Assembly (NCBI GenBank): GCA_963765675.1
Contig: CAVXXK010000006.1
Span: forward strand, 32,001 to 96,000
DNA: 64,000 bases
DNA from: an uncultured delta proteobacterium
Lineage (GTDB): Bacteria; Desulfobacterota; Binatia; Binatales; Binataceae
Reading direction: 5' to 3'
In this document: positions 52,348 to 61,596 of the stretch, piece after piece
Numbering within the stretch: the stretch's first letter is position 1
Layout: each line of letters begins with the position of its first letter
Position numbers and translations under genes: made by a program
The notes under the pieces: generated by a model
The model's database searches: none
Seen by the model: the letters and a program-made list of their open reading frames with translations, nothing else
Told to the model about the DNA's origin: nothing

Positions 52348-53244
52348 ATGCGCATATTCATGACGGGAGCAACTGGCTTTATCGGTTCCTTTCTCGTCCC
52401 GGAACTCATCAACGCAGGCCATCAGGTAGTTGGGCTCAGCCGTTCGGACGCGGGCGCCGAGCTGCTCACCCGGGCCGGGGCAGAGGTCTTTCGCGGCGAC
52501 GTGAACAACCGGGACAGCCTGCGCACTGCTGCAGCGGCGGCCGACGGCGTCATCCACGCGGCCTTCAACCACGACTTCTCCAAGTTAAAGCAGCACAGCG
52601 AGGAGGACCGCAAAGTCATCGAGACGCTCGGCGAGGTATTGGTTGGCTCGGACCGGCCGCTCGTCATCACCTCCGGCACTGGCCTCGTCCGGTCGAAGAC
52701 CGGCGGCCCGGCTGTAGAGACCGACGACCACCTCACCTCGGCCGAGTCGCCGCGCGCAGCCTCCGAGGAGGCTGCTGACGCGCTCATCGCCAAGGGCGGG
52801 CGCGTGATAGTGATGCGGCTGCCGCAGGTGCATGACACGCGCCGGTTCGGGCGGATCACACAACATGTCCAGTTAGCGCGGAAATGGGGCCGGGTGGCGT
52901 ATGTCGGCGAGGGCAAGAACCGCTTGCCTGCAGTGCACGTCTCCGACGCCGTCCGGCTTTTCCGGCAGGCGCTCGAGCAGGGCCACGCCGGCGCGCGCTA
53001 CCACGCCGTATGCGAGGAAGGCGTTGCCCTGCGCGACATCGCCGAGGTGATCGGTGCGGGGTTGAAGATACCGGTAGAGTCGATCGCGCCGGAAGAGGCG
53101 CCGGAGTACTTCGGCTGGTTGGCGAACCTCGCCCAGATCGATCTTGCGGCCTCCAGCGCGCTGACGCGCCAACAGCTGGGCTGGAACCCCACCGGGCCGG
53201 ACCTGCTGACCGACCTGCGCAACATGGATTACAGCGTGGCCTAA
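52348..53244 (+). CDS. Extended SDR / NAD-dependent epimerase-dehydratase
   Basis: TGATGFIG, AFNHDF, AVHVSDA, LGWNPTGP. Confidence 0.88.
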   Translation: MRIFMTGATGFIGSFLVPELINAGHQVVGLSRSDAGAELLTRAGAEVFRGDVNNRDSLRTAAAAADGVIHAAFNHDFSKLKQHSEEDRKVIETLGEVLVGSDRPLVITSGTGLVRSKTGGPAVETDDHLTSAESPRAASEEAADALIAKGGRVIVMRLPQVHDTRRFGRITQHVQLARKWGRVAYVGEGKNRLPAVHVSDAVRLFRQALEQGHAGARYHAVCEEGVALRDIAEVIGAGLKIPVESIAPEEAPEYFGWLANLAQIDLAASSALTRQQLGWNPTGPDLLTDLRNMDYSVA

Positions 53245-53361
53245 GGAGCGGCTGGGATCGCGACGAATCCGCCCTCACGCGCCGATACGCATTAGTTCCG
53301 CAAGAGCTCTCCGCAGGCAGAGGGTATCGCGGCAGAGGCGATCGCTTATGCGTCAACAGCG

Positions 53362-54378
53362 CTACGCGATTGGTTGATGAATCGCTTCGGCGGCTTCGGC
53401 GTCGTCTGGATACGCGACCTCGGGCTCGCCTGGATGCTTGCGATGGGCATCGGCGCCGAGGACCAGCGCCAGCACGCCCGAGATTGCGATCAGGACGCCG
53501 ATTATCTCGCGGCGGTTGGCACTCTCGCCCAGAAATACGACTGCGAACAGAATCGAGAGCATCGGGATGCCGGGCACTACGAGCGCGGTCGTCCAGGCCA
53601 GCGATAATCGGCTGATCGCGCCGTACCAGGTGAGCGAGGAGAGGAAGTAGATAAAAAATCCCGAGGCGAAAATTACCGCGAGTGCCGGGATGCTCGAAAG
53701 CTGCGAGAGCGTGTGCGGACGCAAGAGCAACAGCATCGCGAGCAGCGCAAACGCCGCGTATATCATCCTGCCCGCGGTTACAGTAACCGGCGCGAGCGGC
53801 GGCATCATCTTGAGCCCAATCACATGCGAGGCTTGCCAGAAGAGCGGAGTGCATAGTACCAGAACCGCTGCCCACAGCGGAGAAAATTCGCCGCCGGCGC
53901 CAAACACCGAGCCGATTCCGAGCAGGATCGTCGCCGTCGCCAGGAGCTGACGCCACGACGGACGCTCGCCGACGAGGATCGTCGCCAGGACGAGCGAGTA
54001 AACCGGCTCGGTCTGAAGCAGGATCGTCCCTGCGATCGCGTCGATTCGAGTAAGTCCGAAGGTGAGTGTAAGGCTGGTCGCGACCGTCCCGACCATCGAC
54101 ATCGCGAACATCCGCATCCGGAACCGCGGAGCGAACAGGATCCCAAGCTCGTGCTGGCGAGTCATTGCGATCGCGCTGCATACCGCCGCGACGACTACCG
54201 CCCCGGTGCAGAACAGGAGAGGATCGAGGTTCACCGCGCCCCATCGCGTGAGGCCGGGCTGCGAAGCGCCGATGATCGTGTTGACGATTGCGAGCGCGAG
54301 GCCGATTCGGAATGCGCGGCCCAAATGCTCGGCGCGAGCCGCAGCGGCGGCCGGCGGCGGGGACGACTTTTCTTCCAT
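53362..54378 (-). CDS. EamA/DMT transporter
   Basis: About 10 TM helices, two repeats ending LVGER and FLGES. Confidence 0.85.
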   Translation of the reverse strand: MEEKSSPPPAAAAARAEHLGRAFRIGLALAIVNTIIGASQPGLTRWGAVNLDPLLFCTGAVVVAAVCSAIAMTRQHELGILFAPRFRMRMFAMSMVGTVATSLTLTFGLTRIDAIAGTILLQTEPVYSLVLATILVGERPSWRQLLATATILLGIGSVFGAGGEFSPLWAAVLVLCTPLFWQASHVIGLKMMPPLAPVTVTAGRMIYAAFALLAMLLLLRPHTLSQLSSIPALAVIFASGFFIYFLSSLTWYGAISRLSLAWTTALVVPGIPMLSILFAVVFLGESANRREIIGVLIAISGVLALVLGADAHRKHPGEPEVAYPDDAEAAEAIHQPIA

Positions 54379-54385
54379 CGCGACT

Positions 54386-55175
54386 TCAGGCGCGCGCAAT
54401 CACGACGCCGATAACCACGCCCGCAAGCGCGACGCGATACCATGCGAAAGGAATGTAGGTCCGCGTCTTGACGAACCGGATCAAACCGACGATCGCGATG
54501 ACTCCGAAAATCGTCGCGGCGATGAATCCCCATCCGACTTGCGGATTGATTCCGGCGCGCAGGATTTTGTGCGCCCTCGACCATGCCGGCGCCCGCGATG
54601 ATCGGCGTCGCCATCAGGAAGGAAAAATTCGCCGCGTCCTGCCGCTCAACGCCGAGCAGCCGCGCCATCGTGATCGTCGCTCCCGACCGCGATACGCCGG
54701 GAAAGATCGCGAGAGCCTGACTTAGCCCGATTGCGATAGCGTCGAGGACCGAGAGCTGTCCCATCGTCCGCTCATTCGGCCTATATTCATCTATAAGCCA
54801 AAGAGCGATGCCTAGAATGCCCAAAGCGAGCCCAATCCACAGAATATGCTCCCGAAACAGGGTCTCGGCCTCCTTCTCGAGCGCGAGCCCGATAATCGCG
54901 CCCGGAATCGAGGCGACTATCAGGAGAAGGAGCAGCCGGCGGCGGGCCGCGTCGCCATTGACGATCGACGCCACCATCTCGACCCAGTCGCGCCAGTAAT
55001 AGAGCAGCAGTGCCACCAAGGTTCCCAGATGTAGCGCTACGTCGAAGGCCAAGCCGGGATCCTGCCATCCAAAGAACCACGGAATCAGCACCAGATGCGC
55101 AGAACTGGAGACAGGCAGGAATTCGGTAAGTCCCTGGACGGCACCGAGAATGATCGCTTGTAAGGTCGAAAACAT
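54386..55175 (-). CDS. uppP: Undecaprenyl-diphosphate phosphatase with an apparent +1 frameshift
   Basis: QGLTEFLPVSSSAHL, PGVSRSGATI, FSFL; removing one G at 54574-54576 restores EAHKILRAG...PFAWYRV..ARA stop. Confidence 0.9.
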
Positions 55176-55284
55176 AGTTATTTCAACTACTTAGCAGATC
55201 TGCAACAGCACTCCGGCAAATTGTTTCAAGTTCGTATCCCCTGTTGATAACCGGATTATCCGCCATCCAGCATGCCGATTTCGC

Positions 55285-55312
55285 TTGACCGGTTGACCGC
55301 TTGGTCTAAAAT
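55285..55312 (+). promoter_or_regulatory. Sigma-70-like promoter with overlapping palindrome
   Basis: TTGACC-16nt-TAAAAT; TTGACC-GCTT-GGTCTA dyad 55293-55308. Confidence 0.5.
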
Positions 55313-55357
55313 CAAGGTGCGAGTTCGGATGTGGGGAGGACTTAGAGGGAGGTTTCG

Positions 55358-55687
55358 ATGCCTATGAGTCGCAGCGCACACGGTAAGGTCATCCCGCTTC
55401 GGGAGGGCAGTATCGTCGATGAAGAGGTGGACGCGTCGCGGTCCCGGCTGTGGGATTCGGTGCATCCGGGCGACCCGCGTCCGTTCCCAACAGTCAATAC
55501 TCTGCCGCGGCTGCCGGTCGCAATTGCGGACGAGATTCTGGACTACTACGGATGGGTCTTCTGCCAGGGCGGATTTCTTAACTTGCAGATGACCTTCGAG
55601 CAGTTTCTGGCCGTAGTAGCGGCAGTCAGCCCGTCGGGGCTGTGCCCTGAATACGACCCGTCGGAGTTTTCGAGCGTAAACGGCTGA
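55358..55687 (+). CDS. Hypothetical protein
   Basis: GGGAGG RBS, coherent GC3-rich codons, upstream promoter. Confidence 0.7.
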   Translation: MPMSRSAHGKVIPLREGSIVDEEVDASRSRLWDSVHPGDPRPFPTVNTLPRLPVAIADEILDYYGWVFCQGGFLNLQMTFEQFLAVVAAVSPSGLCPEYDPSEFSSVNG

Positions 55688-55802
55688 TCCGATAGTATCG
55701 CCAATACCAGCGCGCCCGTCGCCCTGCGATGCGGCGCGCTTTGCGTTTCGAGGACATCCCTGGGTAGCGCGCAGGTCTCGCCTCGGGACTGCGTGGTGGG
55801 CT

Positions 55803-56486
55803 TCAGGGCGCAGTGGAAGCCCCCTTATGGGCAGGCAGCAGGTCGTCCCTGACCCAAATAGTTTCAATCCCGCTCAGATTGCTGCCCGATTTCAGGCCAT
55901 TGTCCTTTGCGATTTGCCGCCAGTTGTCTTCGCTGCCTGTTGCCCGCTTTGCCAGCGCAGGCAAGTCCTCACCGGGCAGCAGAGCGAAATTGACGCCGCC
56001 TTCGCGTGGGACCGGAGAGGGAGGCGGAAGCTTTGCCGCAAGCTGGTCGAACTTGCCGAACAGATCAAGCCGTTTGCTCGGCAGGTATGCAGGGAGGTCG
56101 GAGTCCTGGATATCCTGGGTCTCGAGATTCGCGACGATCCGGCTAGTGCGATCGCCGGTCGGTACCACTTCGATATCGTAACGATACTGCGGATCGACTC
56201 CCACGATGCTCCCGAACATCCCCGCGCCCTTGTCGGCAGGACGCCAATTGGTGACCAGATGTTCGCCTCCCATTTTGACCTCGAACAGGATTCCCTCGCC
56301 GCGCAAGACGTCCTGCGTCATCACGAAGGTATCCTGCGCGGGGTATGGCGTATCGTGCTGCTCGCCCTCCGCGGCCTCGGTGCCGCCGCCGGCCACGCTG
56401 TACGGCGCATACGCTGCGGCGCATCCGGCAAGAGTCATGAAGAGCAGACTCACCAGAGCTGAATGCAGGTATCTTGAGGATCGCAT
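55803..56486 (-). CDS. Lipoprotein with a C-terminal LysM-like domain
   Basis: Lipobox LAGC; PGEDLPALAKR..G...WRQIAKDNGL. Confidence 0.7.
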   Translation of the reverse strand: MRSSRYLHSALVSLLFMTLAGCAAAYAPYSVAGGGTEAAEGEQHDTPYPAQDTFVMTQDVLRGEGILFEVKMGGEHLVTNWRPADKGAGMFGSIVGVDPQYRYDIEVVPTGDRTSRIVANLETQDIQDSDLPAYLPSKRLDLFGKFDQLAAKLPPPSPVPREGGVNFALLPGEDLPALAKRATGSEDNWRQIAKDNGLKSGSNLSGIETIWVRDDLLPAHKGASTAP

Positions 56487-56640
56487 GATGCAACGCCACC
56501 GATCAGGAAACCATGCACGTTCCCCGTGCGCAAGACGACGACACAAGAAGACGACCGTCAACGAGATAGCGCCAGTTTAACCCGACGAGCGCGCGAATGT
56601 TGCGCCACGCGCGAGAGCACGCTAATCAGATACTTCGCTT

Positions 56641-58002
56641 ATGACGGACATATTGAACAATACCCCGCGGCACGTGATCGCGGTGGTTGGCGCCGCCACC
56701 GCGGGCTCGGAAATCGCGCGGATTCTCGCCCAGCGCGGCGCGCTGGTCGTGGTCTTCGAGCAGAACCCGCGGCCCTACGGAAAAATTGAGGATGGGCTGC
56801 CGCGATGGCACGTGAAGCAACGCCGGGACGAGTACGGCGAGATCGATAATCGGCTCGACCATCCGAATATCGCCTACGTTCCGATGACGGCGCTCGGGCG
56901 CGATCTCGATTTCGAGGAACTGCGAACGCGCTGGGGTCTGTCCGGAATCGTGCTGACTCATGGCGCGTGGCGCGACCGTCCGTTCCCGGTAGAGGGTGCC
57001 GACCAGTTCGTCGATCACGGATTGGTTTATCAGAATCCGCTCATCTACTGGTTCAATCACTACAACGAAAAAGGATACAAGGGACCACGCTACGAGCTGA
57101 CTCCCGGAGCGATCGTGGTGGGCGGAGGCCTTGCGTCGATCGACGTCGTCAAGGTGCTGCAAATCGAGATGACGCTGCGGGCTCTCGCGGCGCGCGGAAT
57201 CTCCGAAGATCTCGTGCGGATCGAGCGCGAGGGAATCGAGCCTGTCCTTGCGGCGCACAATCTCAAATGGGCTGACCTCGGCGTCGCGCCGTGCAAACTT
57301 TATTATCGTCGCCGGGTCTTGGACATGCCGCTGTCGGATATAGCGCCGGATGCGACACCCAAGCGGGCGGAGGCGATGCGCTCGGCGCGCGCGAAAATTC
57401 TCGAGAAGGCGATGCGCAAGTTCCTGTTCGAGTTCCAGGAGCTGCGCGCCCCGACCGGAATTATCGCGGAGAACGGCGCGATGGTGGGGGTGCGGTTCAG
57501 CGCTACCGAGGTTGTCGACGGGCAGGTCAGAATCGTCGCCGACAGCGTTGAGGCGCCGCGCGCGCCACTGACGATCAGCTCGATCGGCAGTATCCCGGAG
57601 CCGATTCCCGGAATCGCGCAGAAGGGCGAGACCTACGTCTACGCCGATCAGAAAACCGGCCTCCTGATGGACGGACCGACCGCGGTCTTTGCGGCCGGCA
57701 ACGTGCTGACCGGCAAGGGTAATATCAAGGACTCGCTCGACAGCGGGACCGAGGTTGGCACGCGGATCGCCGAGGCCTACCTCGGCCTGTCAGACGAAAC
57801 CGTCGCGCTCGCCGAGGGCGCTCGCAATGCGGCAACCGCAGCGGGCGAGGCGATAGCGGGAGCGCTCGCCTCGCGCGAAAATCTCGCGCCGGAAGCGATC
57901 GCATCAATATTGCGCCGCGTTGAAGAGCGCCAGCGGGCGATCGGATACACGGGCGACTATCGTGCCTGGATCGCGAAAGTAACTCCGCCCGATCTGCAGT
58001 AA
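56641..58002 (+). CDS. FAD/NAD(P)-dependent oxidoreductase (ferredoxin reductase/GltD-like)
   Basis: VVGAATAG, PYGKIEDGLP, VVGGGLASID, YRR, FAAGN. Confidence 0.75.
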   Translation: MTDILNNTPRHVIAVVGAATAGSEIARILAQRGALVVVFEQNPRPYGKIEDGLPRWHVKQRRDEYGEIDNRLDHPNIAYVPMTALGRDLDFEELRTRWGLSGIVLTHGAWRDRPFPVEGADQFVDHGLVYQNPLIYWFNHYNEKGYKGPRYELTPGAIVVGGGLASIDVVKVLQIEMTLRALAARGISEDLVRIEREGIEPVLAAHNLKWADLGVAPCKLYYRRRVLDMPLSDIAPDATPKRAEAMRSARAKILEKAMRKFLFEFQELRAPTGIIAENGAMVGVRFSATEVVDGQVRIVADSVEAPRAPLTISSIGSIPEPIPGIAQKGETYVYADQKTGLLMDGPTAVFAAGNVLTGKGNIKDSLDSGTEVGTRIAEAYLGLSDETVALAEGARNAATAAGEAIAGALASRENLAPEAIASILRRVEERQRAIGYTGDYRAWIAKVTPPDLQ

Positions 58003-58075
58003 CCGGGCGCGCCATTTTGCCTCGACCGGCGGCGGGCGCTAGGCTCTCGGCAGCAAAATGCGCGCGAGGTGCGGT

Positions 58076-59323
58076 GTGGAAGAGCTCAAGCGAACCGATC
58101 CCGAAATCTACGACATCATCCGCAAGGAAGAGCGCTACGAATTCGATTCCGTGCGCCTCATCCCGTCGGAGAATTACGCCTCGGCGGCGGTGCTCGAAGC
58201 TACAGGCTCGATCCTGACCAACAAATATTCCGAAGGCTATTCCGGACGCCGCTACTACGAGGGCCAGCGCCATATCGATACGCTCGAGACACTCGTGATC
58301 AATCGCGCCAAGGCGCTGTTCGGAGCCGAGCACGCCAACGTGCAGCCCTACTCGGGCTCGCCGGCGAATCTCGCGGTCTATTTTGGGCTGCTCAAGCCTG
58401 GCGAAACGATCATGGGGATGGCGCTGCCGATGGGCGGGCATCTGACCCACGGATGGAACGTCAGTATCACGGGGACGTTCTGGCGCGCGGTGCAGTACAA
58501 CGTCGATCGCGAGACGCATCGGATCGACTACGACGCGGTGCGCGATCTCGCGCGGCGCGAGAAGCCGCGCATCATCGTCTGCGGCGCGACCGCATATCCG
58601 CGGATCATCGATTTCAAGGCGTTCGCCGAGATCGCGAAAGAAACCGGCGCGCTGATGCTCGCCGATATCGCGCATATCGCCGGCCTCGTCGTCGGCGGAG
58701 TGCATCCGAGCCCGCTGCCGTACGCCGATGTCGTCACGACCACGACGCACAAGACGCTGCGCGGACCGCGCGGCGCGATGATCCTGTGCAAGGCCGAGCA
58801 CGCCGACGCGATCGACAAGGCGGTCTTTCCGGGATTGCAGGGCGGGCCGCATAACCACACCACCGCCGCGATCGGCGTGGCGCTCAAGGAGGCGGCGACG
58901 CCCGCGTTCAAAGACTACGCGGCGCAGATCGTGCGCAACGCCAAGGCGCTCGCGGAGGAACTGCTCGCGCGCGGATTCTCGCTGGTCTCGGGCGGCACCG
59001 ACAATCATCTGATTTTGGTCGATCTGACGAACAAGAAAGTAATCGGCAAGAAGGGCGCAAAGGCGCTCGACGTCGCCGGGATCGTCTGCAACTACAACAC
59101 CGTTCCGTATGATCCGCGCAAACCCTTCAGCCCCAGCGGCTTGCGCCTCGGCACGCCCGCGGTGACCTCGCGCGGGATGCGCGAGCCTGAGATGAAACTG
59201 ATCGGCAAATGGATGGACGAAGCGATCGCGCACGCGGGCGACGAAGCCGCGCTGAATCGAATCGCGGGCGAGGTCGCCGAGATGTGCCATCACTTTCCCG
59301 CGCCGGGGCTGTCGATTCGCTGA
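58076..59323 (+). CDS. glyA: Serine hydroxymethyltransferase
   Basis: SENY, NKYSEGY, NVQPYSGS, GGHLTHG, TTTTHKTLRGPRG, QGGPHNH. Confidence 0.96.
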   Translation: MEELKRTDPEIYDIIRKEERYEFDSVRLIPSENYASAAVLEATGSILTNKYSEGYSGRRYYEGQRHIDTLETLVINRAKALFGAEHANVQPYSGSPANLAVYFGLLKPGETIMGMALPMGGHLTHGWNVSITGTFWRAVQYNVDRETHRIDYDAVRDLARREKPRIIVCGATAYPRIIDFKAFAEIAKETGALMLADIAHIAGLVVGGVHPSPLPYADVVTTTTHKTLRGPRGAMILCKAEHADAIDKAVFPGLQGGPHNHTTAAIGVALKEAATPAFKDYAAQIVRNAKALAEELLARGFSLVSGGTDNHLILVDLTNKKVIGKKGAKALDVAGIVCNYNTVPYDPRKPFSPSGLRLGTPAVTSRGMREPEMKLIGKWMDEAIAHAGDEAALNRIAGEVAEMCHHFPAPGLSIR

Positions 59324-59339
59324 AGGCGGTCAGCACTAA

Positions 59340-59401
59340 ATCGGCCACAAAGACACGAAGGCACAAAGAAAAACCTTAGTGTCTTTGTGTCTTAGTGGCC
59401 G
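59340..59401. repeat. Minimal palindrome of the ACAAAGAC family
   Basis: CGGCCACAAAGACACGAAGGCACAAAG-loop-CTTAGTGTCTTTGTGTCTTAGTGGCCG. Confidence 0.8.
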
Positions 59402-59465
59402 CTTGGTTTTGTCTTTCTTCCCGCGCTTCTTGACATCTCTGCGCCCCTGACGCGATAACCGCGCC

Positions 59466-60548
59466 ATGGCCAAGATAAAAATCGAACGCGGACTAAATTT
59501 CGGCGCGCCGTACACGCCCGACATGCAGCAGGCGGACAAGCGCCCAGAGCCGACCTGGACCACGATCGGCGCACAGGTGCGCGAGGCTGAAGCGCTAGGC
59601 TACGATTCATTGATTGCAGTTGAGACGCAGCACGATCCATATCTCGGGCTTGCGATCGCCGCGATGGAGCCGGCAAAGATCGAGCTCGGCACCGGGATCG
59701 CGCTCGCGTTCACCAAGAGTCCTGTCTCGACCGCTTATACCGCGTGGGATCTCCAACGCATGAGCGGTGGGCGTCTGATGCTGGGGATCGGCTCGCAGGT
59801 GAAGGGCCATGTGATGCGGCGCTTCGGGATGCCGTGGTCGAAGCCCGCGCAGCGGATGAAAGATTACGTCGGTGCGATGCGCGCGTGCTGGAAGACCTGG
59901 CAGACGGGCGAGCCGCTCAACTTCCGCAGCGAGCATTACAACCTGTCGCTGATGACGCCGAACTTTTCGCCTCCGCCGCAGGAGCATCCGCACATCCCGG
60001 TCGCGATCGCGGCGGTGCAGGAGAGGATGCTGCAAGTCGCGGGCGAAGTTTGCGACGGAGTGCGCCTGCACGGAATCGTGACGCGCAAATATATCGATCA
60101 GATCGCACTGCCGAATCTCAAGAAGGGCTTCGAGAAATCCGGACGCCCGGCTTCCGAGTGGCCCGATTTTCAAATCTCGGGCGGCGGTTTCCTGGTCGCG
60201 GCGAAAGATCGCGACGCGCTCGCGAAGGCGATCGAGACAACGAAATCGACCATCGCATTCTACGGCTCGACGCGTTCGTATCGTTCGAGCTTCGAGCTCG
60301 ACGGATGGGGCGACACCGCCGACGAGCTGCACAAGCTCTCGGTACAGCAGAAGTGGCGCGAGATGGCGAAGCTGGTAAGCGAAGAGATGGTACACGCCTT
60401 CGCCGCGGTCGGAACCTACGACGAGATCGCGGCGGTGATAAGGAAACGCTTCGCCGGAATCAACCGCTTAGGCTTCGACATGCCAGTGCATAACGATCAC
60501 GACCGCGGCGTGTTGAAGGAGATTCTGCAAGACCTCCGACGCGTATAG
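59466..60548 (+). CDS. LLM-class oxidoreductase, probably F420-dependent (MSMEG_2256-like)
   Basis: ETQHDP, AWDLQ..SGGRLMLGIGSQVKGH..RRFGMPW, LMTPNF, IAFYGST. Confidence 0.85.
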   Translation: MAKIKIERGLNFGAPYTPDMQQADKRPEPTWTTIGAQVREAEALGYDSLIAVETQHDPYLGLAIAAMEPAKIELGTGIALAFTKSPVSTAYTAWDLQRMSGGRLMLGIGSQVKGHVMRRFGMPWSKPAQRMKDYVGAMRACWKTWQTGEPLNFRSEHYNLSLMTPNFSPPPQEHPHIPVAIAAVQERMLQVAGEVCDGVRLHGIVTRKYIDQIALPNLKKGFEKSGRPASEWPDFQISGGGFLVAAKDRDALAKAIETTKSTIAFYGSTRSYRSSFELDGWGDTADELHKLSVQQKWREMAKLVSEEMVHAFAAVGTYDEIAAVIRKRFAGINRLGFDMPVHNDHDRGVLKEILQDLRRV

Positions 60549-60580
60549 AGATCCTCTCCGTTTCGTGATCTCCTGCAGAT

Positions 60581-60783
60581 ACCCTCTCCCCCCGGGAGAG
60601 GGCGACGCGGCGCGGCGATTGCTTTCGTTTAGCAATCGCCGTGACGCGTGGGTGAGGGAGTCCTTGCGCGATTCTCGCGATTCATAATGTTTCTTCGACG
60701 CGTTGGTGGCGTGGTAGGCCGCCCTCACCCGAGGATGCCTTCGCTGTGCGAAGTCATCCTCGGCCTCTCCCGGAGGGAGAGGC
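60581..60783. repeat. Inverted CCCTCTCCC/CCCTCACCC REP doublet
   Basis: Units at 60581-60658 and 60721-60783, same family as 3148 and 8232. Confidence 0.75.
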
Positions 60784-60855
60784 GCATACGAGGGCGCATC
60801 GTTCCTCAGGATTTCTGTTCAATCTGGGAGATCAGGCAGCGCGCGCGAGGAAGGC

Positions 60856-61557
60856 CTACGCGCGGGGCGGATCTATATCCGACCATAGTCGGCGCATGAA
60901 TTCGATGTGCGACTCTACCGCCCATAGCGTTTCGGGTGCCGCGCTTTCGGGGATCGCTTTGAAGATCGAGCCGGCGCTGGTGTCGCCATGATCCTTGTCA
61001 ACTTTTACGTGGACCGAAAAAAACAGCAGCGCGTCGTCTGACAGATGATAGTTGCGGCGCAGTCCGTCGATCACGCGCACGTAGGCGTCGGGGTTGAATA
61101 GCTCGGAGCCGAGACTGATGCCGGCCAGCGTGACGTACCACGGCTTCGAGTCGGCCAGCCAGTACATCCAGTGCATCATCGCGGTCGCGTCGGGCGACAT
61201 CCGCGCCGTGAGCAGGCGCTCGCGTGGGATTCCGATCGCCTCGCCGAATTCGAGATACAACTCGGGGTGCGACCGTCCGACACCGGAGACGCGGCCCAGC
61301 TCTTCTTCGATCAAGTTCTCGACGATTGATTTGCGCGCGGGAAAGTCGTCGCACTTCGCGTAGATCAATCCAAGGATATTAGCGTTGTGCGCCTTGTTGC
61401 CGACGAAGAGCTGCGTCGCCCACCATCGCAGTTGATCGATTGTCAGCTCTCCGCGCTCGATTTTCTCGATCGTCGGATGCGACTTCAGCGTGCGATTATT
61501 GCGCTCCAGCCGCGCGATCAGCGCGTTCAGCTCGCCGATTCCCTTCTGCACGTCCAT
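60856..61557 (-). CDS. Heme-oxygenase-like diiron oxidase (PqqC/CADD superfamily)
   Basis: HP...GELT, NLIEEELG..SHPEL, GSE, FFSVHVKVDKDH. Confidence 0.8.
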   Translation of the reverse strand: MDVQKGIGELNALIARLERNNRTLKSHPTIEKIERGELTIDQLRWWATQLFVGNKAHNANILGLIYAKCDDFPARKSIVENLIEEELGRVSGVGRSHPELYLEFGEAIGIPRERLLTARMSPDATAMMHWMYWLADSKPWYVTLAGISLGSELFNPDAYVRVIDGLRRNYHLSDDALLFFSVHVKVDKDHGDTSAGSIFKAIPESAAPETLWAVESHIEFMRRLWSDIDPPRA

Positions 61558-61596
61558 CGTAGGATTCTCCCCGCGCGAAGATCCGCGACCGCGCGG

